DNA of 64,000 nt from a virus, in IMG/VR virus record IMGVR_UViG_3300037875_000559, positions 1 through 64,000 of that record. One strand, 5' to 3'. Positions 18,757 to 27,974 of this stretch are shown piece after piece. The position numbers were made by a program, and so were the translations under genes. Positions within the stretch are counted from its first letter, which is position 1; each line of letters opens with the position of its first letter. Below the pieces are notes generated by a model, which worked only from the letters and a program-made list of their open reading frames with translations, was not told where the DNA came from and searched no databases.

Positions 18757-19176
18757 TTGAGGGTTCTAGTGAGTGAAAAAAAAGAAGTAGCAGAAACACA
18801 TGAAATGGTGGGTCCTCCTAACCCAAATGAAATAAAAACAACAGTGCATATGGTGGACGTTCAACCCCATATGGGACATGTCTACCTTATAGTTGTGGCG
18901 GCGATTGTAAGTTATGGGATTACAGAAGTTGTTAAACCTTTTATAGCCCTCACCTGTAAAGAAAAGTCTGAGGCAGTAACTCGACTCGTGTCTGTTATCA
19001 TTGGAGGTATAGTTGGATATACGCTTTCCTATGAGATCCTAGACCTATGGTTAGGGGCTTCAGCTGGAGCTTTAAACGTCTATATTGTTAAGGTTGTGAA
19101 GTCTAAGATTAAGTCAACACTTGGTGTGGATCAAACACCTGCCACAGAAGCTGAAAAACCAAAGGATAATCCATGA
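18757..19176 (+). CDS. Holin-like membrane protein
   Basis: Three hydrophobic segments and a basic C-terminal tail; motif variant TACTCCTTTTAT at 18711. Confidence 0.5.
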   Translation: MRVLVSEKKEVAETHEMVGPPNPNEIKTTVHMVDVQPHMGHVYLIVVAAIVSYGITEVVKPFIALTCKEKSEAVTRLVSVIIGGIVGYTLSYEILDLWLGASAGALNVYIVKVVKSKIKSTLGVDQTPATEAEKPKDNP

Positions 19177-19211
19177 AATATCTATACCACTATAAAGCTG
19201 AAGTCCTTTCC
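19173..19211 (+). repeat. Orphan duplicate of the first 13 codons of the SNase gene (second copy 20506-20544)
   Basis: 37/39 nt identical, both mismatches synonymous; encodes MKYLYHYKAEVLS, then LMASH and a stop. Confidence 0.9.
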
Positions 19212-19279
19212 TTGATGGCATCGCACTAGAATACTCAAAACATCCCTACGCTAATAATAGAACCTATGGAGAATAAACT

Positions 19280-20503
19280 ATGTCTAAGACAATCACACTA
19301 ACACATACAGGCAAAGGTTCTATCGACCCTCGCTCTAAAATTGAACTCTCAGGAGAAGGGTATACTCTCTATTTCAATGATCTTGCAGATAACCTCGATC
19401 AGAGTCAGTACACAAGATCAATAGCCCCTCCCTCAAGTCTTACTTACACCACAGGTGGGAATAATACAGTCTCTATGGCTCTCACAGATAGAGTGGAACT
19501 ATCTATCGAGAGTGGGTCAATCGCTAACTATCTCGCTAACGGATATGTTACGGCTGTTTATAGTGGTTCTGAGGGAGGTTCTCTTGAAGTTGTGGAAGGT
19601 ATTACATTATACGCCACAGACCCCACAGGCAACGGAGGAGAAGATCCCGATGTGAACGATCAAGGTATCAGAATTAATGGAAAGAGCGGGGTCAGTAATG
19701 GTTATATAGACTTTTTCTATGACGATGATGACTCAATGTTAAGAGTCATCGCACACCCTTCCACTAATATACCTAATGACGCAGGTGATGCCGATATGGT
19801 ATTTATGACATCAGCAGGGTACGCTGTGGGAAATGACAGTACAGGGGGTGGAGAGTTTCGAGTCAAGACAGGGTATGGTTTGGATTCTAATGCCCAAGAC
19901 GCAAACGGTAAAAACGGAGGTGATGTTGAGATTTTAACTGGAAGTGGTGGAGAGTTTGGGGGGAAAGGGGGTACGATTTCAATCACAACAGGACAGGGGC
20001 ATGGAGATAAAGGTGGAGATATTCTGATCGTGACAGGCGAGGATCGCATAAACGGTAACGGAGGGGATATCTACCTTGAAGCAGGAGCAGGCTTAGGCGT
20101 AGGCAATCGAAGTGGTAACATCACTCTAGCACCTATGACGGGTATAGCAGGGGCTACTAGCGGCAATCTTAAAATCGCAAACATGGATCATGGGCTACTT
20201 TCTATTGATGGGAACTCTAATGTAGTATCCACAGGGAATGGTTTCCTCGTAAAGAAAGAAACTATTAATGTTGCTATTGGTCCACTCACCCAACACATCA
20301 TTGCAGATGCAGACTTTCAAAATGTACTCCGAGCCGAAAGTATTATCACTGTAACACTCCAAACCGTAGCAGGTGTAACTGTAGCCACTGCACCTTATGT
20401 TTCAGACATACAACCAGATACAAACTTCACTGTAGGGTTCGATCTCACAAATGGTAATGTTGGGGCAGTTGATATTTTTATTAACTACATGATTGTAGGA
20501 TAA
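19280..20503 (+). CDS. Gly-rich fibre/appendage-like structural protein
   Basis: Repeated GGxxxIxxGxG units; SD GGAG. Confidence 0.55.
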   Translation: MSKTITLTHTGKGSIDPRSKIELSGEGYTLYFNDLADNLDQSQYTRSIAPPSSLTYTTGGNNTVSMALTDRVELSIESGSIANYLANGYVTAVYSGSEGGSLEVVEGITLYATDPTGNGGEDPDVNDQGIRINGKSGVSNGYIDFFYDDDDSMLRVIAHPSTNIPNDAGDADMVFMTSAGYAVGNDSTGGGEFRVKTGYGLDSNAQDANGKNGGDVEILTGSGGEFGGKGGTISITTGQGHGDKGGDILIVTGEDRINGNGGDIYLEAGAGLGVGNRSGNITLAPMTGIAGATSGNLKIANMDHGLLSIDGNSNVVSTGNGFLVKKETINVAIGPLTQHIIADADFQNVLRAESIITVTLQTVAGVTVATAPYVSDIQPDTNFTVGFDLTNGNVGAVDIFINYMIVG

Positions 20504-20505
20504 CT

Positions 20506-20874
20506 ATGAAATACCTATATCACTATAAAGCTGAAGTCCTTTCCGTATATGATGGAGATACTGTCACCCTCATGATAGATCAAGGCATGAAGCACTTTGC
20601 TCGTGTGAAAGTAAGAATGATTGGGATAGACACTCCAGAAATACGAACTAAAGACCTCGAAGAAAAGAAAAGAGGGTATGACGCTAAAGACTACCTCAAG
20701 TCTCGCATCGAGGGTAAAACCATCATTGTACAAACACAGAAAAAAGGAAAGTTTGGGCGATGGCTTGGTGTGCTGTGGGAGTATTCTGAAGATTCAGAGG
20801 AGCTAGGTGAATCACTCAATGACGAAATGATCCGTATGGGTCATGCCAAAGCGTATGATGGTGGTAAGAGATGA
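20506..20874 (+). CDS. Thermonuclease (SNase-like)
   Basis: VYDGDT, VRMIGIDTPE, GKFGRWLG, GHAKAYDGG. Confidence 0.9.
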   Translation: MKYLYHYKAEVLSVYDGDTVTLMIDQGMKHFARVKVRMIGIDTPEIRTKDLEEKKRGYDAKDYLKSRIEGKTIIVQTQKKGKFGRWLGVLWEYSEDSEELGESLNDEMIRMGHAKAYDGGKR

Positions 20875-21515
20875 ATCCTCGTTCCTCTCCTCACGCAACA
20901 AGTCGGGAAGCACTTAGAGTTTGGAAATCTCTAACTCGTAAATATGACAACGAGGACGATGTGCTTGCCATTACACATAGACCACACAATGTAGAGAAAA
21001 AGTCAGCGTCTTCAGTCCTTAGAGACTTAGAAATAAGAGTCGCAAGACTTGAAAGACAATCTTCCCCAAGAGTTAGTTTTGAGCGAGAAGAAGAGACCCT
21101 ACGACTGAATAGGAAATACAACTTAAAGTATATTTATATAATCGCCAAGAATGAAGCAGACGAAGAGATGGGGTTTGTGGCTGCTAAACTAGAGACCATA
21201 GATTACAGTCGAGATTGTAGTGATGATCTCAAAGCACTACAATCTAAGTATCCTCAACTACAAGAGCGAAAATCTTTAATCTTATACTGGAGTAGTGTGG
21301 CAAAGGAATATCAAGGGCAAGGTATAGGGTCGAAGCTATACTATGAGAGTATAAAAGAAGGATGGCGGGAAAATAAAAATAAACCCTTCATCTTTGTTCC
21401 GCATTACTGCAAACATAATGGGTCTACTAGCGAAGAAGCACTGAGGGTTTGGAACTCACTTGTTCGTAAATATCCCTCCTCTGGTCATTGTATTGCCATT
21501 CTCAAAAAACCATAA
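20871..21515 (+). CDS. GNAT-like acetyltransferase, paralogue A, preceded by a remnant of another copy
   Basis: YQGQGIGSKLY acetyl-CoA motif; PFIFVP..C...STSEEALRVWNSL shared with paralogues at 56827 and 61121. Confidence 0.65.
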   Translation: MNPRSSPHATSREALRVWKSLTRKYDNEDDVLAITHRPHNVEKKSASSVLRDLEIRVARLERQSSPRVSFEREEETLRLNRKYNLKYIYIIAKNEADEEMGFVAAKLETIDYSRDCSDDLKALQSKYPQLQERKSLILYWSSVAKEYQGQGIGSKLYYESIKEGWRENKNKPFIFVPHYCKHNGSTSEEALRVWNSLVRKYPSSGHCIAILKKP

Positions 21516-21618
21516 GGGTATGTTTGGCTTCCTACTCTTACACCTTAAGCTTTAATAATTTTCTGATACCTCTTTCTTTCGTAGTCTTCTCAAACACCAT
21601 CCTATAAGGAGAATCTTA

Positions 21619-21960
21619 ATGAACCGATCCGCATCTGAAATAATTCTCAACCTTGAGAACAGGGTTACAAGACTTGAAAATCGGATTGCTAGTGAGGCCG
21701 TAGATCTGCGTTATGTTCACGATCTTGCCAAGCAAAAACTATCAAACAGAAATGTTGTTGATGTGCAAAGAGGGAAGGACCCTACAGGTCGAGAGATGGT
21801 TTCTATCACTCTTTCTAATGGTGTAGAAATAAGCTACTCAAAATACCATAATATTATTATGACAACATCTACGGGTGACGCTTTAGATATTGGAAACCCG
21901 CCTCATGGAATGATGAATGAACAGATGGATTCAGACATAGCTAAATACAGTCGTTTTTGA
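21619..21960 (+). CDS. Hypothetical protein with leader MNRSASEIILNLENRVTRLENRIAS
   Basis: SD AAGGAG; leader matches the internal linker of the 20871 ORF. Confidence 0.7.
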   Translation: MNRSASEIILNLENRVTRLENRIASEAVDLRYVHDLAKQKLSNRNVVDVQRGKDPTGREMVSITLSNGVEISYSKYHNIIMTTSTGDALDIGNPPHGMMNEQMDSDIAKYSRF

Positions 21961-22285
21961 GTCCTATTTCTTTACGGCCTCGACACCATTTAGAGTCTTC
22001 AACTGTCCAAAGTAACCTTTTACGTCCTCTTTTGCGTTTAAGAGCTAACTCTGCTTTCATAGCTTCAGATCTGTTAGCGTATGTGCCGTAAGTACACATG
22101 AGCTTCCAAGGTCTGTGTTTTGAAGTATATTTCCCTCCGCCCTTTATTTCTCCATTATGTTGGCGTAGTCTACGATTAACATCGGTAGTACAACCGACAT
22201 AAAAGAAGCCTTCAAGTTGTTTTCCTGTCTTTGCTGACTTTCTTAATTGTTGGCTTTGTATGACGTATACGACCCATTCACTCAT
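21941..22285 (-). CDS. SLX1-like GIY-YIG endonuclease
   Basis: VYVIQS...FYVGCTTDVNRRLRQHNGEIKGGGKYTSKHRPW. Confidence 0.85.
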   Translation of the reverse strand: MSEWVVYVIQSQQLRKSAKTGKQLEGFFYVGCTTDVNRRLRQHNGEIKGGGKYTSKHRPWKLMCTYGTYANRSEAMKAELALKRKRGRKRLLWTVEDSKWCRGRKEIGLKNDCI

Positions 22286-22290
22286 CTCTG

Positions 22291-22302
22291 TAGTTCCTTT
22301 AT
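22291..22302 (+). promoter_or_regulatory. TAGTNNNTTTAT motif
   Basis: TAGTTCCTTTAT, 46 nt before ATG 22337. Confidence 0.65.
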
Positions 22303-22336
22303 CTAATCTCTTACATATATATTATAGGAGAGTCTC

Positions 22337-22387
22337 ATGGATGTAATCCGAAAAATCGCAACATTACACATACAAGCGAAAAGCTAA
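22337..22387 (+). CDS. 16-aa leader-like micro-ORF MDVIRKIATLHIQAKS
   Basis: SD AGGAG 6 nt upstream; stop overlaps the next ATG (TAATG). Confidence 0.5.
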   Translation: MDVIRKIATLHIQAKS

Positions 22388-24153
22388 TGGGAAGTCTAGC
22401 TCAAAGGGTTGCCTACACCTATTTAAAAATAGCTGAAGAGAAATCTTTAAATCTTAAAATAGATGAGAAGTTTAAAACGTGGAAAGGGAAGAGTCCTGTA
22501 ACGGAGAATGAAGTAGGTTATTGGACTGTTAAAGGTTGGTTGCAAATAAAAAAGCCAAACAAAAACCAAACAGGGCTTAAAGAATATGCGGAGGAGGTGT
22601 TTGAGAAATTCCGAGAAGCAATAGAAGAGGATGAGGAGTCTGAAAGTGATTCCTCCTCACATGGATCTTTCAAAGGTGAGAAAAAAGCTCCTGGACTAGA
22701 TGGAAAAAGTCAGAAAATCTTAGAGGATGCACAAGAGGCTTTGGGGAAGGAGAACTTTGGTCTTCCAAAAAATGTTTTTGAGAAGAATAAATTTGTTCTC
22801 ACCTCCGCTTCAAAAGTGGAGCGTAAGGAAGTAGAGAAATTTGCCAAAGATATAAGGGATACCTTTAAGACTCCGGGATATAGTCGTGGGGCTATAAAAC
22901 AAAATCTTGATGTTTTGGGGAAGGATGAATGGCTCAAGCGTCATCTTTCAATGGTGGCAAAGCCTATCCAAGCGGCTATTGCTACAATGGGGCCTAAAGG
23001 GGATTTAAAGAAAGAAATGGGAGAGATTTTAGAAAGTAACCCTGAAGTAGCGGGAGCAGCTAAGAATTTAGCATCTAATTGGACACAAAGCACTGTTATA
23101 CCTATGGTGACAGGCACAACGAGTCTTGCAGGTTTAGCAGGGAAAGCGGTGACAGGGGCTATAGGAAAAACTGTTCTTGCTACTATACCTGTTCTTGGGT
23201 CGCCCATTACAGTGGCTACTATTGCTTCTGCTGTTGTAGGTACTATTGCGTATAAGACTCTTTTTCATGGGAGATCAAAAAAAGCCAAGGGAAAACTATT
23301 TTCTGTCAGCTCAGATTTACCTGATTCATATGATAGCTTAACTTCCGATGTATATGCAGGATATGCCACACCTGAGAGTGTAGAGGCAGAGTACAATAAA
23401 AAGCTTGATGAAGTGCTTGAAGATCAGACTTTAGGTGCAGAGGGGCTTCGGGAGAAGGTTTTAAAACTACATAAAGAGTTCGAGGACAATGCCCGACCTG
23501 CCATAGATAAGGCTTTATATCAGTTGGGTAAAACTGAAGGTTCAGGTATGTTTTCTTTCTTGAAGCGAGGCGTAGAAGAAAAGAAAGGTGCTCCTGTACT
23601 CATTAAGCTTCTTAAATTAAAAGATCAATTTGATGCACAAGATCAAATTGCAGATTATATAGAGAATAACTCAGAAGAAGTTGGAGAGCTAATTAAGAGA
23701 GTGCTTCAAGGAGATGAAGAAATACCTCCTGAAGTGATGGATGCACTTAAAGGTAAATGTGATACTGAGTCTTCTTCTGTAGAAGAAGCTCCTTCTAAGA
23801 AAGATAGAAAGGCTTCAAAAATGGATCGAGCTTTTGAAAAAAGCATAAAGGAATTTAAAGATCTTGAAAAGTTCTTACCCGTAAGAAAGATTATACCTCT
23901 AGTTGAAAACCAAATTAGGGATTTCATAAAGAGGTGTAACAGTTTAGATCCTATTGAAGATGTAGAAGTCTTTAAAAAAGCTGTTACAAGAGAGCATTAT
24001 CAGAAGAGAATAAACTTCTTGAAGAACTGGCTTTTAGAGCAAGGTTATTCTTATGATGTAAGAAGAAAGAAAGTCACTCCACTTTCAAGAGAAGAATCTA
24101 AAAGAAGGGTCTTAAGAGTAGCCTGTTTCAGGCTTTTCAGATCAAAATCGTGA
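22387..24153 (+). CDS. Large helical protein with leader (QRVAYTYLKIA) and central hydrophobic hairpin; candidate internal/ejection protein
   Basis: Ala/Gly-rich hydrophobic stretch around residues 240-290; leader-like motifs at both termini. Confidence 0.55.
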   Translation: MGSLAQRVAYTYLKIAEEKSLNLKIDEKFKTWKGKSPVTENEVGYWTVKGWLQIKKPNKNQTGLKEYAEEVFEKFREAIEEDEESESDSSSHGSFKGEKKAPGLDGKSQKILEDAQEALGKENFGLPKNVFEKNKFVLTSASKVERKEVEKFAKDIRDTFKTPGYSRGAIKQNLDVLGKDEWLKRHLSMVAKPIQAAIATMGPKGDLKKEMGEILESNPEVAGAAKNLASNWTQSTVIPMVTGTTSLAGLAGKAVTGAIGKTVLATIPVLGSPITVATIASAVVGTIAYKTLFHGRSKKAKGKLFSVSSDLPDSYDSLTSDVYAGYATPESVEAEYNKKLDEVLEDQTLGAEGLREKVLKLHKEFEDNARPAIDKALYQLGKTEGSGMFSFLKRGVEEKKGAPVLIKLLKLKDQFDAQDQIADYIENNSEEVGELIKRVLQGDEEIPPEVMDALKGKCDTESSSVEEAPSKKDRKASKMDRAFEKSIKEFKDLEKFLPVRKIIPLVENQIRDFIKRCNSLDPIEDVEVFKKAVTREHYQKRINFLKNWLLEQGYSYDVRRKKVTPLSREESKRRVLRVACFRLFRSKS

Positions 24154-24220
24154 ATTTCTATTTCGCAGATGGATCTATACTTATAAGGCTTTTTATTTTA
24201 AACTTTTGAATGAAGTTAAA

Positions 24221-24232
24221 TAGTTTTTTTAT
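24221..24232 (+). promoter_or_regulatory. TAGTNNNTTTAT motif
   Basis: TAGTTTTTTTAT, 61 nt before ATG 24282. Confidence 0.65.
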
Positions 24233-24281
24233 GTCTCTTTTCTTGTAGTGGTTTTTTTTAATATTCAAACAGGAGTGCCAG

Positions 24282-25016
24282 ATGAGCCTAACACAAAAAA
24301 TTGCAACTTTAATGGGTCGCATTGAGCGTCTTGAGCGTTCTGCAAAGGTCAACTTTGATCGTGACATTAATACGCTTAAGCGTAAGAAATCTATTTCTCA
24401 ACTTTTTGAACTTGCGGAGGAGGTTCTTCTAATCGCCAGAAATAAAGGGTTTATGGGAACGAAAATCCAAGAAGATGGGGACTTACCTGTGGTTGTTCTT
24501 GGGAGAGGAATGTACATTTTCTTGCGACCTACAGAATATGTTTTTGAATCAAATGGTTCTTCTCGAAGTTATCAACATTGGGGAGATCTCATCAGTCGTC
24601 TGAGCCAAGAGCAAGGTGCTTTTGGTAACGAAGAGGCTATGATGGAAGCCACTGACATCATGTCTACAACCCAAGACGTTCTTTCTATTCTCCAAGGAGC
24701 AAGAAACGGTGACGGATTTATGGGAGAGCGTTGGATGCTTTCTTCAGATAATGGGAAGAAAGCTACTTTCACCACAGGTTCAGGATCAATGAGTCTTTCT
24801 GTAGTACTAACGGCTCGTGGCATTAAGTATTCTCTTACAGGCCCTTATGTGAAGCCTAATCAGCCTATGGCTACCTTAAATGGCTTCATTCGAGAAGAAG
24901 GTCGGGCGATGCAACTCAATATGCTTGCATATAAGCTAGATGATATAGTACAAAAAGCAGGTAAGCGTGTTCGCAAAACACGAATGAATGCGATGAAAGA
25001 GCTGAAACTCGTATAG
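24282..25016 (+). CDS. Hypothetical protein with leader MSLTQKIATLMGRIERLERSA
   Basis: SD AGGAG; leader motif. Confidence 0.7.
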   Translation: MSLTQKIATLMGRIERLERSAKVNFDRDINTLKRKKSISQLFELAEEVLLIARNKGFMGTKIQEDGDLPVVVLGRGMYIFLRPTEYVFESNGSSRSYQHWGDLISRLSQEQGAFGNEEAMMEATDIMSTTQDVLSILQGARNGDGFMGERWMLSSDNGKKATFTTGSGSMSLSVVLTARGIKYSLTGPYVKPNQPMATLNGFIREEGRAMQLNMLAYKLDDIVQKAGKRVRKTRMNAMKELKLV

Positions 25017-25017
25017 T

Positions 25018-26121
25018 TCACCAGACTTGGAAAAGCAATCCCAAGCTCAGATTATTTCTTTCGCTAGAAAATAAATAAGAAACATTCGGAGCAAAGTTTA
25101 AGTACTTACCTCCAAGTTTAGGGTGGTAAGAAATAGAGAGTCCTGCTCCAAAGTAGGTGTTGGAAATATAACCTACTCCTCCCATTCTTAGTTTAGCGTC
25201 TAATAAGTTTAAGAAGCTCCCCCCCACTTGAACGCCCATGTCGTACTCTTGGTTTGGGAGTGTGCTTAATCCTGCGTAGTAGGCAGGCTCAAAGGTCTTA
25301 TATTTCTTTGAGTGTCCATAAGGCACAGTAGGTACATAGAAGAACTTAGGGTCTAGGTTTGGGTCGCCTTCTAGCATTTTGTCTTCTACTAGAGTGATGA
25401 ACTCCCCACTTTCAGAGAAATATCCTGCTTTTATATACACGCCTTGGTTTTGAACACCGCCACTACCTAAACTATCTTGGTTTTCACCATAAGTGACGAC
25501 ATCAATTTTAAAAGCTAGATTGAGGTCTAAGTTTCCAAAATCAGATAGCCACAAGTTCTCTGTTCTAAAAGCCCCTACAGGTTTCCCTCCATTTTTATAG
25601 TTTGTTTCCCAAGAATAAGAAATACTAGGGCACTTATCAGGGTCATAGTAGTGTACACAGGTTAAGAAATCATCTGCATCTATACCGTTCCATTCTGAGG
25701 TTGGTGCTTTTATTTCTTCTGTTGTTTTTTGACCTGTGATTTGGACTTTTATTTTCCCACCTTTCAGAGTTTTTTCGATCCTAGAGAAACGCTGTGAATA
25801 AGAGAGGATCTTGGAGTCTGTTTCATTGAGGTGTTTTTCAAGAGCTTCTGTCTTATTTCCTATTTGTGAGATAATGTCTTCCGTTCTGTTCTCCATGTCA
25901 GAGTATGAGATCATCTTTGACTTTGCAGAGTTTATGTTTTCTTGTAACTCAGAGATCTTGGTAGCATTTGCAGTCAACACACCTTCAAGTTGCAAAGAAA
26001 TAGTATCTTCTAGCTTTTGTTGTTTATAATTGTTCCAAATCTGTAGTCCTGTTGAGAGAAATAGAGCCAAAGCTAATAAATATTTCGGAAGTTCTGCATA
26101 AGCTAGTATATCTTTCCACAT
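25018..26121 (-). CDS. Envelope-spanning candidate: N-terminal TM, coiled coil, C-terminal amphipathic beta strands
   Basis: TM YLLALALFLSTGLQIW, heptads, C-terminus LSLGLLFQVW. Start 26121 has SD GAAAGG (ORF track start 26166). Confidence 0.55.
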   Translation of the reverse strand: MWKDILAYAELPKYLLALALFLSTGLQIWNNYKQQKLEDTISLQLEGVLTANATKISELQENINSAKSKMISYSDMENRTEDIISQIGNKTEALEKHLNETDSKILSYSQRFSRIEKTLKGGKIKVQITGQKTTEEIKAPTSEWNGIDADDFLTCVHYYDPDKCPSISYSWETNYKNGGKPVGAFRTENLWLSDFGNLDLNLAFKIDVVTYGENQDSLGSGGVQNQGVYIKAGYFSESGEFITLVEDKMLEGDPNLDPKFFYVPTVPYGHSKKYKTFEPAYYAGLSTLPNQEYDMGVQVGGSFLNLLDAKLRMGGVGYISNTYFGAGLSISYHPKLGGKYLNFAPNVSYLFSSERNNLSLGLLFQVW

Positions 26122-26288
26122 AAGTCTGAACCTTTCGTAATAATGTAGAGACAAGATACTAGACATTATAAAAGAGAAATAAGCTAGTGTAGACCTCTAT
26201 TAATAAAACTTTTAAGGGGGGCTGGACTTAAACCCCTCTAAAAAGTATATAGAACACTTACCCTCCCTAACATAAAGGAAAAAAGCGT

Positions 26289-27830
26289 ATGTTGTACTCT
26301 TGTGCAGTTGTTCTAGTAGGTGGAGAGAAGACCTATGCCAGTCAATTTAAACTAAAAGCCATGAAGCATGGCATCTATTTAAACATTGTGTCTCATATAC
26401 ATTGGGATCAGAAAGTGAAAACACTACCGACTAGTGGTGTAGACGCTGTTATTGTCCTTAAAGATATATGTAACCATAACCTCAGAGATTGGGCTTCAGC
26501 CGAAGCAAAAAAACATGGGATGAAGTTCTGTGAGATCAGTCAGAAGATCTCCATTGGGATTGCAAGATTAAGAATCGTCTTGGGTATGGATTTCACACCT
26601 ATCGGGTTGGACTTAGAAGACGAAGGTCTTATGGCTACAGGAGTTAAGTCCGAGGTGTCGACTCTTCATGATATAATAGAAGCCAACCCTGAGTTTCTAC
26701 TACCTAAAAACAGAGCATCGCTTTCTTCAAAAAAGAAGTATGTGTCTTATATTTGTAAGAATTTCATATCTTACTTGAGGGCTGTTGAAGAAACGAATCC
26801 CTTTGATCAATTTCCAAAAGAGGTGCTGACCCACACTCGCTTTAAAGAGCAATCATTACACTGCTTCCATGAACTAAGAAAAATATATGGCTCTGCTCTC
26901 CATCATAAAAAAAATGGGTTTTTAGAGGTCAACGAAATTGCCAAACAAGTCATAGTGTTGATGTGTTTGGATAAGAAGTGGAGTGCTTTCGACATAAAGA
27001 GGACCCTTAGCTTTGGTTTAGGGTATGTACTTACAAAAGAAGAAATGGATACTATAAAAATGACTCTTACTGCTGTTGACGAAGATAAGGATACCTTGTC
27101 ATTGATATTGCGTCATGCTGTCTTGTTAAATCCTGTACGAGCTTTCGGGTTTCATTCAGACCAAGAATCTCGTAGAGATTGTTTCAACACTTTCACACAA
27201 GACTACTCTGAGGGTGTAGACCAAGATGATTCTATCATGGGGAAATTTAAATTTCCTGTCTTGGATGAAGCTAAATACCAAGAGCTTGAAGATAGAATCC
27301 ACACCGTCAGTCGAGATCGAAAACAGAAATCAGACTTGAAGAGAGCCTTAATCGTTGCAAGAGAGGAGTGGTCAAGACACTACCTGTCTCTTAGAGAACA
27401 AGGAACGCTTGCTTTCAGTAATCGAGAGTTCGCTCGTTGTCATAAAGAAACATGGGGCAGTCGTGTATCAGACTCTTTAAGAAAAGAGCTTCACCAAGTG
27501 ACAGAAGAAGTCCAAGTGACAGAAGAAGTTCAAGTGACAGAAGAAGTCCAAGTGACAGAAGAAGTTCAAGTGGCTGAAGAAGTTCAAGTGGCTGAAGAAG
27601 TTCAAGTGGCTGAAGAAGTTCAAGTGGCTGAAGAAGTCCAAGAGAAAATAGAAGCTCTTGGTCAGTGTCTTTCGAGAATAATAATTGGAGATCTAGAGAT
27701 GGTACTCGAAGGCTCTCTCTATATCGAAGAAGTTTCTATGGGTACACAAATTAAGATTTTAGAGGGACAGAGAAAAATCACGATTGATTCTTTTGATGGT
27801 TCTTCTCTTAAAGGGGTGTCTATTCGGTAG
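26289..27830 (+). CDS. Hypothetical protein with DUF2325-like N-terminal domain and acidic repeat
   Basis: VVLVGG...DAVIVLKDICNHNL...AKKHG; SD AAGGA. Confidence 0.55.
   Translation: MLYSCAVVLVGGEKTYASQFKLKAMKHGIYLNIVSHIHWDQKVKTLPTSGVDAVIVLKDICNHNLRDWASAEAKKHGMKFCEISQKISIGIARLRIVLGMDFTPIGLDLEDEGLMATGVKSEVSTLHDIIEANPEFLLPKNRASLSSKKKYVSYICKNFISYLRAVEETNPFDQFPKEVLTHTRFKEQSLHCFHELRKIYGSALHHKKNGFLEVNEIAKQVIVLMCLDKKWSAFDIKRTLSFGLGYVLTKEEMDTIKMTLTAVDEDKDTLSLILRHAVLLNPVRAFGFHSDQESRRDCFNTFTQDYSEGVDQDDSIMGKFKFPVLDEAKYQELEDRIHTVSRDRKQKSDLKRALIVAREEWSRHYLSLREQGTLAFSNREFARCHKETWGSRVSDSLRKELHQVTEEVQVTEEVQVTEEVQVTEEVQVAEEVQVAEEVQVAEEVQVAEEVQEKIEALGQCLSRIIIGDLEMVLEGSLYIEEVSMGTQIKILEGQRKITIDSFDGSSLKGVSIR
27495..27642 (+). 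repeat. 18-bp tandem repeat x8 encoding QV(T/A)EEV
   Basis: CAAGTGACAGAAGAAGTY x4, then CAAGTGGCTGAAGAAGTY x4. Confidence 0.95.
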
Positions 27831-27932
27831 TTTCTACCATTGGGGTTCAGCTTCTAAAAATCCCACTGAACCTCTATTTATACTTTTTTATGACTTCACG
27901 TTTTTAATTTATATTTAAATGCTCTTCTAAGT

Positions 27933-27941
27933 TGGTAGTGT
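27933..27941 (+). promoter_or_regulatory. Possible extended -10 promoter (TGGTAGTGT)
   Basis: TGnTAnnnT upstream of the dNK gene. Confidence 0.35.
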
Positions 27942-27974
27942 TTACTACTATCTAAAGAGAATGAGGAGCTGAAA

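Noticed and set aside
27495-27642. CRISPR array
   Set aside because: Contiguous in-frame coding repeats with no spacers; the same applies to 50935-51115.
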